A stretch of 64,000 nt of DNA from Octopus vulgaris (lineage: Eukaryota), in contig OX597818.1 of the NCBI GenBank assembly GCA_951406725.2, forward strand, positions 35,464,001 through 35,528,000. Reading direction: 5' to 3'. The position numbers and the translations under genes were made by a program. This document shows positions 55,531-64,000 of this stretch, piece after piece; the stretch's first letter is position 1, and each line of letters starts with the position of its first letter. A model generated the notes under the pieces. The model did no database searches. It was not told the origin of the DNA and was given only the letters and a program-made list of their open reading frames with translations.

Positions 55531-55730
55531 CATCCTCGTCATCACCATCGTGAACAAGAACAACAGTGACATAGATGAAACTGATGTGAGAGGTGGTTCA
55601 GGCTAACATCATCAGCATCATCGTTACCATCATCATCATCATCATCATCATCGACAGCAGCAGCAGCAACTGTGACGACGACGACAACAACAACAACAAC
55701 CATAACAACAGCTGCAGCAACAGCAACATA
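54655..55730. repeat. Higher-order tandem repeat: ~45-bp conserved block plus variable (CAT)n, about 5 units
   Basis: cgatataggctaaactgatgtcagaggtga at ~54655, 54989, 55167, 55413, and diverged at ~55568. Confidence 0.9.
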
Positions 55731-55820
55731 GCTGAAATTCGCTACATCGGGAAGCGATAATCATGTTTTATTTTTTTCCTTTTCTGGTTCGATAACTTTC
55801 TATACTTTGTACGTTTTTAC

Positions 55821-55912
<92 letters not shown>

Positions 55913-55990
55913 TATATATATATACATATGTATGTATGCATGTGTGTATTTGTGTGTCTATTTGTGTATGTTTGCATGTATGTTTGTATG

Positions 55991-56074
<84 letters not shown>

Positions 56075-56416
56075 ATTGTCTTTTTTATTTTATTTTAAAA
56101 TCTATCTACGCTTTTAAATCCTAATTACTTATCCACTTATTTTCGACAGAAATGAGAAATTCACAACAGACGGAGTTTTATTATAATAAACCAAAGAGGT
56201 TGGCAACAATTGAAGAATGGCAACTATTCTACAGAAAACGAATTCAGCTATTCAATAGTGTGATAATTTGCTGGAACTAGCGGCAAAATTGGCCATTGTT
56301 AACAACTTGAATGCATACAAATGATGTTAAAACTTGCCATACAAATAGATGGAGATTTGTCATGTGTGTGTGTGTGTGTGTGTGTGTTATGCATGATGTA
56401 TATGTAACACGTGCAG

Positions 56417-56768
56417 AGGCGTAGGCATATGCCTTTGGGCACGGTCAAGTGGTTAAGACCGTTGGTTCTTGTAATGTGGAACGACCGGGTTCGACTTCAT
56501 TGTGTGATCAATGCCGTCCCACAGGATGACACCTTGGACAAGCGTTAACTGCTATAGCCTCGGGTCGATGAAAGCCTTGTTAGTGCATTTGCTCGAAAGA
56601 AAATGGAAGAGTCGTAGGCGTTGTTGTGTGGTAAGAAGCTTGCTTCTCAACCACATGATTCTGGGTTCAGTCCCACTGCGTCGCACCTCGTGTTTTCTAC
56701 AAAAACCTAGGGCCGACCAAAGCTTTATGAGTCGATTTGGCAGACGGAAACTGAAAAGAAGCCCGACG

Positions 56769-56801
<33 letters not shown>

Positions 56802-57009
56802 GGGTGTGTATGTGCGTGTGTGTATATCTTTGCATCTGTGCTTGTTCCCCACAACCGTGTGTTGGTGTGTTTACATCCGCGTATAGTAGCGGTACCCATT
56901 ATGGCTGCAGTATGATCATTGAAACAAATGAAAAATTAAAGGTAAAAGATATATATTTATACATAAAAACATTCACACAGACACGCCCACACACACACGC
57001 ACACACACA

Positions 57010-57074
<65 letters not shown>

Positions 57075-57270
57075 GTGTCTTTGTTTGTCTCCTCACCATC
57101 ACTTGACAACCGATGTTGGTATGTTTACGTCCCCGTAACTTAGCAGTTCAGCCTAAGGGACGGATAGAATAAGTAACTAGGCTCATAAAGAACAAGCTCT
57201 GGGGTCAATTTGTTCGACTAAAGGTGCTGCTCCAGCATGGCCGCAGCCAAATGGCTGAAACAAGTAAAAA
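56417..57270 (+). mobile_element. Cluster of decayed and rearranged family B SINEs
   Basis: Two heads (~56417, ~56610), central parts, and a tail ending aaacaagtaaaa at ~57270. Confidence 0.7.
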
Positions 57271-57549
57271 ATATCAGAGAAAAAAGTATATATCCGCACG
57301 TTATATACACCAGCTTAATTTATATATTTCATTTAACATCACGCTAAATTGCTTGTTTAAAATAGTAATTGATCAAAAAAGAACATGTATACATCGATAT
57401 ATTTATAAAGGTATGTATATCGCTTGAATTTATAATGTACGAATATACAATGCACTTCCACAATACTGCGAACTTTATTCTTCTTTTGTATTGGGCATAT
57501 GTTATTTCTAATATTACGCAATAAGGCATAATAATAATAATAATAATAA

Positions 57550-57762
57550 TCATTTCTACTATAGGCACAAAGCCTAAAATTTTGTGAAAGGGGACAAGTC
57601 GATTACATCGACCCAAGTGTTTCAGTGGTACTTAATTTATCGACCCCCCGAAAGGATGAAAGGTAAAATGGACCCCGGCGGAAGTTGAACTTAGAACGTA
57701 ACGATGGACGAAATGCCTCTAAGCATTTTGCCCGGCGTGGTAACAATTCTGCCAACACGCTT
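57550..57762 (-). mobile_element. SINE family C
   Basis: Reverse monomer between (TAA)n tracts. Confidence 0.8.
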
Positions 57763-57765
57763 CCG

Positions 57766-57841
57766 TAATAATAATAATAATAGTAATAACGATAATAATA
57801 ATAATAATAATAATAATTATTATTATTATTATTATTATAAC

Positions 57842-57932
<91 letters not shown>

Positions 57933-57958
57933 GTAATAATAATAATAATAATAATAAT
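57766..57958. repeat. (TAA)n with internal (TTA)n inversion
   Basis: Direct reading; ttattattatt block at ~57818-57838. Confidence 0.9.
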
Positions 57959-58478
57959 GCCCTGATGCAGTACCAGGCTGTGGCACTCATGGCTTCTGAT
58001 CTTAACTGATTGGAAGTGCTATCATGTACATGGCTTTGTCTTAAATATTCTGCTCAATACCACATAATTAGTTGTCAGTTGTTTGATCTCAACCAGTTGA
58101 GCATGTCCTTTACTGGCTGACGATACGTGCATCTCTGTTCACGAGCAGAAGTAATGGGGGGAGCATCATAGCCTTGTGTTGAGAGGAATTCTTCGGGGCT
58201 TGGATAATTCACCTGAAGAAACATGGGTATTCTGTTCATCATCCTTAATTAAACCTTATTCAGGGACCTTTTGACCAAGACGGGCTGCTCAACCTGAAGA
58301 AAATTCTAACTGGGCCCCACTTGCAAGGTCATGTGTTGTTTATCTTGATATAAGATCACCACATCGCTCACATATGGTTATGATGCATGTGCCTAGTGTA
58401 CCCTTATCATACTGTTAGTAATGATGTGTATATTGGGATTCGTACATTTGTGCTCCAGTGTCACTTTGATGGCATGCG
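57959..58478. mobile_element. Unclassified interspersed repeat abutting (TAA)n; partial second copy at 39996-40160
   Basis: 58329-58478 aligns with 39996-40143 (tgtttatcttgata..gatcacca..catatggtt.tgatgcatgtgcctagtgtacccttatca). Confidence 0.7.
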
Positions 58479-58589
58479 ATATGTAATTATATATGTATGA
58501 ATATTTTGTACGCGTGTATGTATGTCTGTATGCATGTCTCTCTGTCTGTCTGTCTGTATGTATGTATGTACAGATATATTTTATTTTAT

Positions 58590-58824
58590 TTTTTTACTTG
58601 TTTTAGTCATTTGACTGCGGCCATGCTGGAGCAACGCCTTGAAGGGTCTTAGTCAAAGAAATCTATCCCAGGACTTACACTTTTTAGCTTATTCTTTGTA
58701 TCTTAATACTTATTTAATCGAACCCTTTTGCCGAACCTCTAAATTACGGGGACACTAACATCCCAGCATCGATTGTCAAGCGATGACGAAGGCGACAAAC
58801 ACAGACACAGTCACAGAAAAATGC

Positions 58825-58855
<31 letters not shown>

Positions 58856-59025
58856 TATGCATAAACACACACACGACAAACTTCTTTCAGGTTTGCCCAC
58901 CAAATCCACTTACCAGGCTTTGGTTAACCCGTGGCTATATTAGAAGACACTTGCCCAAGGTGCCACGCAGTGTGACTGAACTTGAAGGAAGCAAGCTTCT
59001 TACCACACATCCACGACTGCGCCGA
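58590..59025 (-). mobile_element. SINE family B, diverged
   Basis: Reverse copy with recognisable tail and head. Confidence 0.8.
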
Positions 59026-59785
59026 CGATAAATATATTTAGTGAGAGAGAGAGAGATACATGCATACACGTATACATACTTACATTCATACATACATGCA
59101 TACATACATAAATACATACATACATAAATAATACATACATACATACATACATACATACATACATACATACACACATACGTACATGCCTATATCTATTCAC
59201 ATACGACTGGGCATATCTGTATATTGATAGTACAACAGAACTTCAATGGAAAACCTTCGTGCTCACAAGCAAACATGAAACCAAAAACGTAAAAACCAAC
59301 ACACACTGAACAAATACACACTCCTAACTCTTTCTTTATAGAACAACAACAATCTTTTTACCTGTTACGACATGTCATACAAGACCCTAATCACAAAGAA
59401 ATTTCAACGAATTGAATTGAGTTTCCTGTCCGTTGGTTCGCTTCATAGACTTCATCTTTGATAAGAAGAAAATAATTTTCTTTTGTTCTTTGATTTCAAC
59501 TCAGCTTTTTCTTATTCTAATTCAATGGAATAATTATGGGAGCGAACACATTTTCTTCGCACGCCGTGACAACGCTACAAACTATATCAAAGGATACCAC
59601 ACAGCAAGTCGCATACGCAGTTATATCTGAATGAAAGAGCGCCATTTTGAGACAGAACATTGCTAAGGAATAATCGAATTAAATACCTATTGACATAAAC
59701 TGAGGTATATAGTTGTATGTTATATAAACAAACACGTATACACATGTGTGTGTGTGTCTTTGTAAGCATATACGAACATATGTAA

Positions 59786-59830
<45 letters not shown>

Positions 59831-60093
59831 GGTCGACTATCCCGTCCATGATGACGTATGAGCGTTCACCTTTTGCGACCTGCACAAATGACTTGTTTAT
59901 AGTGATGAATGTTCTTGCCGCACGTTAGATCGCTCTCTCTCTCTCTCTATCAAATCGATGTTGTCTGAACAGGTTAACTGTGTACAAAAGTGTCAGGTGT
60001 CGAAGTGATTGTAGAACAACGGTCTAGGAATTGAAATGACAATCGCGAGATCGTGAGTGCAACACGTTAACCACTAAGCCTTGCACCCTCATA

Positions 60094-60167
<74 letters not shown>

Positions 60168-60169
<2 letters not shown>

Positions 60170-60345
60170 TTCTTATTACCCACAAGGGCCTAAACTTAGA
60201 GGGGACAAACAAAGACAGACAAACGAATTAAGTCGATGACAACGACCCCAGTGTGTAACTGGTACTTTATTTATCGACCCCGAAAGGATGAAAGGCAAAG
60301 TCTACCTCGGCGGAATTTGAACTCAGAACGCAGCGGCGGACGAAA
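60168..60345 (-). mobile_element. SINE family C, 5'-truncated
   Basis: Reverse copy ending at gacgaaata. Confidence 0.85.
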
Positions 60346-60346
60346 T

Positions 60347-60398
<52 letters not shown>

Positions 60399-60816
60399 TG
60401 AGAAATAGATAGATAAATAGGTAGATAGATAGAGAAGGAAGGAGAGATAGCAAGAGGGATGGGCGTTAAAGTGACGCTAAAGTTAAAGACAACGTCACGA
60501 AACCATGTTGACAATGACGGATATGTCTTTGACGTTTCGAGTGTAATCTGTTCTTCCAAAAATCTGAAAGCGTAAGACAGAAAGAAAATATTGAGAACTA
60601 GGTGAAATTTGTATTTTTTACATGAAATTATGATGGAAATAACTGCAAGTGTGGTGAAAATGAAAACGGTTCCAAGCATATAAGATCGGCAGTTAAATAA
60701 CCATGACAGCAGATTGTGTCTGTGATTGTATGTATGTATGTATTTATGTATGTTAGTATGTATATATGTATGTATGTATGTTAGTATGTATATATGTATG
60801 TATGTATGTTAGTATG

Positions 60817-60850
<34 letters not shown>

Positions 60851-61239
60851 TGTATGTATGTATGTATGTATGTATGAGTGTTTGCGGTGTGTATGTACGA
60901 GTTAATAAAATGAATTTGGTGCTGCGTTTGTATGCGTGTGAGTATGTGTGAATGCCTATGCGTATATGTATGTGTGTGTGTGTTTCTTTTAGTTTTAATG
61001 TATGCGTTGTGGGTGTAGTTGTGTGTGTGTAGATGATCGTAAAAGGTAAAGGTATATATGACTGTGTAGGAGAGAGTGGCAATTCTTTGTACGTGTGTAA
61101 GATACTGTAGTGTATATGTGTGCATTTTGATACATAAATATATGGGAAGGTGTTACAGAAAACCTCGTCCTGAAGGATCCAAATACGAACCATTCCGTCT
61201 CTCTGCTCTTCTCTCTCTTTCTCTTTCTCTCTTTCTGTA

Positions 61240-61283
<44 letters not shown>

Positions 61284-62259
61284 CACACAATATGTGTGTG
61301 TACGTGTGTCCTTACACATTGATATGCTCCAAAATATATTGACCACCACTGTGTACGTGGGAGTGTCAGTTATGTCGCTAAATATCGCAGGACACTGGAT
61401 GAGTTGCGACTGATGAGTTATAGGAAATAAATCATTGCCTGTCTGATTCGAGTAATGGTGATAACATCATGCCAAATTACTGACAGTTCCATAGAGGAAG
61501 CATTCAATGTGGAGACCGGAGTTGATAAACTGATTAGTGGTTCTGAATAACCGCCTGATTTGATGAATACACTTTGTATTTATTGTGATATTTTCCAACT
61601 AATTGCAGGTGAAACATATGTATATTTGCCTATGAATTGCCAGTTAATAATTCTTTAGAATAGCTAGCAAAGCTTCTATTTCTTATAGCGAATTTAGAGC
61701 AGTTCATTATAACAGTATCCGTATTTTACGAAGCTATAAACGAAGAAAAATTTTAGTTGAACTGTTCGTACGAACGAAACTACTATATTTCCAAATTGTC
61801 AGTCTGGAGCTGTGAATAAAAGTAACTCTTAGTATATTGTTATTTATCACGAGCAACTCCCCCCCCCCGTCCAATGCACAGTGCTGAGTTGTCAAACATT
61901 TAAACCGAATTTTCTCAAAACAACTTGTCCGACTGTTCCATAGGCCTCCCCTTTCAGAAACACTGATTTAACCTAAATTTGAGACACCAGCAAGAGAAGA
62001 AATAAAGATAAACTTTTTTTCTATTCCAAAGAAAAACGATTTTGTTCACACAAATATGCAATCGTAGAGTTTAAAGTACCAGTAATGATAAGGCTGTTGA
62101 CTGGGAGAGCACAAACATGGTTTAAACGGTAAGCTTGGCAGGAAAGAAACGTACCTTAAAGCAGTACAAAAACAACAAAGAATGGAAGGTGTAGTTATGT
62201 ACAGGTGGACGGAAGAAAAGCAGGACAAAAATGGCTTTATTGATCGCATTCTCACCTGG

Positions 62260-62404
62260 ATTTTTGTAATTTTTTCAAGACTTATACACGCCCTGATACC
62301 GTCTGCATCTACGTATCAAATTTGAGTGCAACCGGATGGAGGATGCCCGAGATCCTAGAAGACACACAGAGACAGACAGAACGGATTTTATATAAGAGAC
62401 TAGA
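62260..62404 (-). mobile_element. Helitron-like 5' end fragment
   Basis: Minus strand reads tctagtctcttatataaaatccgttctgtctgtctctgtgtgtc...caaatttg, the same 5' architecture as the element at 7525. Confidence 0.5.
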
Positions 62405-63547
62405 TTAATAGTGTTCCAGCTGACCTATTGACAAACTCACTCCGGCTTTGGAATCCAATGTTTCGTTAAAATACAGTATATGTAAGACTACTTTATCTTA
62501 TACACCATTCTATTTTAACATCATAATATGTAGTAAACAAATGATTTGGTTGTTATTGTTAACAGATCGAGTGGCCACATTAAAGCTTCCTTGCTGGTTT
62601 GAACTTCATGATACCTGCTTCACCAGAGAAGTCAGTCGGATCATTTTAAGTGTTTGTCTGCAAGGCATCGAGTTTTGTAGACTTAATACAATTCTTGAAT
62701 CGAGTCAGGACTTTTTCAATCAGCTTCGACCCTCTCATATCACTAATATTGACTGTAAAATTTATCGTTAATTTTTTTTACATCGATATCTGGATTAATG
62801 CCGAAATATTTCACAGTTATTGCCTCAAAGTTAAACTTATACTTATCAAAGCAGAATTATATATGTGATTGCTTGTAAATTATACGTTCTTGATCTATGA
62901 TGTGAAAAAATTAATCACATAGAATCTAACACATGGGTATTTGCTGGTTTATTAAACGATTACTAGTTGGTATATAATTGCAGTATGCATATGGATACAG
63001 TTGGTTTTACAAGTGTATTTGTTGGACATTGTTGATTTTTTTTTTAATCAATAGTACTGCACTTATTTTACAGCTATATCATGTAGGCTGCTATTATTGT
63101 TGCTGGTTGGTAAATTTTCTTACAATATAGATTTATGCAGAGAGGTAACCAAATAAGTAAGAAATACCATCGATGTTTCTGGTCTTTCCAATCGGGGGTC
63201 CTATCCAATATCGGTCTTAACTTTTATCACATAAGTTTATAACTCAAAATGTGCTAGTGGAATTTCTTTGAAAGTCGGTTGACGTTTTTGTCGTGGTGAT
63301 GTCAAACTTCCGGTACAAGTCTATCACCAAAGACAACGAAAGACAACCATCCATTTTTAGAAGGCATCCTCTTGCCAAAGAAATAGGATGACATTTGATG
63401 GAGATAAGGTTGTTTTTTTTTCCTAGCAGGTTGAATGAATATATATGTATACAAACTGTTTCGATAACGGTTTGTATCCTGAATCAGTCACTAGGACAAA
63501 GATTTTAAAAGTAATTTATTCGGCTGTCACAGTTTGCAGAGGAAAGC

Positions 63548-63604
<57 letters not shown>

Positions 63605-64000
63605 CACACACGCACATATATATATATATATGTATATACACACATAGGTAAAATACCTCTGGATGAATAATGTACTCCATACAGTAAAACGTAAAAAAAC
63701 TGCTATAGTTAATTGTAACATAAATAAACATTTTAAAACCATCATTCAACTGCAATACCAGTAGAGGTGATTATAAGATCAGAATTCAATTTGAGTTTAA
63801 AAAAATAACGCTATCACCTTCAACTGGATATCAACGAGGGAGCTTGCTTGAATTGTCGTAAGTGATGGACACTTGATGAAATTGCAGCGACTAGGATGCA
63901 TAATTCCATACAGAGCAATGTACAGTTGCTGCACTAGAAACATATATGTTGGTCATTGTTATATATGCTGCTGAAAACTTTTCAATAAATATGTTTTGGA

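Noticed and set aside
54593-55572. Poly-Met/Asp ORFs and CRISPR-like periodicity
   Set aside because: (CAT)n repeats; spacers are not unique, no cas genes, eukaryotic context.
62157-62249. Possible signal-peptide exon MRSIKPFLSCF...CTALR with GTACGT donor (minus)
   Set aside because: Ends in phase 2, incompatible with the phase 1 Ig1 acceptor; weak hydrophobic core; adjacent to a Helitron-like fragment.

Overview
AT-rich, microsatellite-dense animal DNA. The SINE families, (TA)n/(TATG)n/(TAA)n load and Penelope-type remnants point to an octopus genome (inference). The only convincing host coding sequence is one 330-nt, phase 1-1 minus-strand exon (30129-30458) encoding the first Ig domain of a Dscam-family receptor; no flanking exons were recognised in about 30 kb either side. 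The rest is repeat-derived: dozens of tRNA-derived SINEs built from shuffled modules, a mariner with an internal inversion, MITEs, Helitrons, a young GC-rich RTE LINE, R4/Dong-type LINE remnants, and several Penelope-like termini carrying hammerhead ribozyme motifs, one as a ~206-bp inverted pair. Other oddities are a Y-ended 265-bp palindrome and a 385-bp duplication bracketing the Dscam exon. Nearly all ORFs in the supplied track are microsatellite artefacts. Repeat boundaries are approximate and were read by eye.
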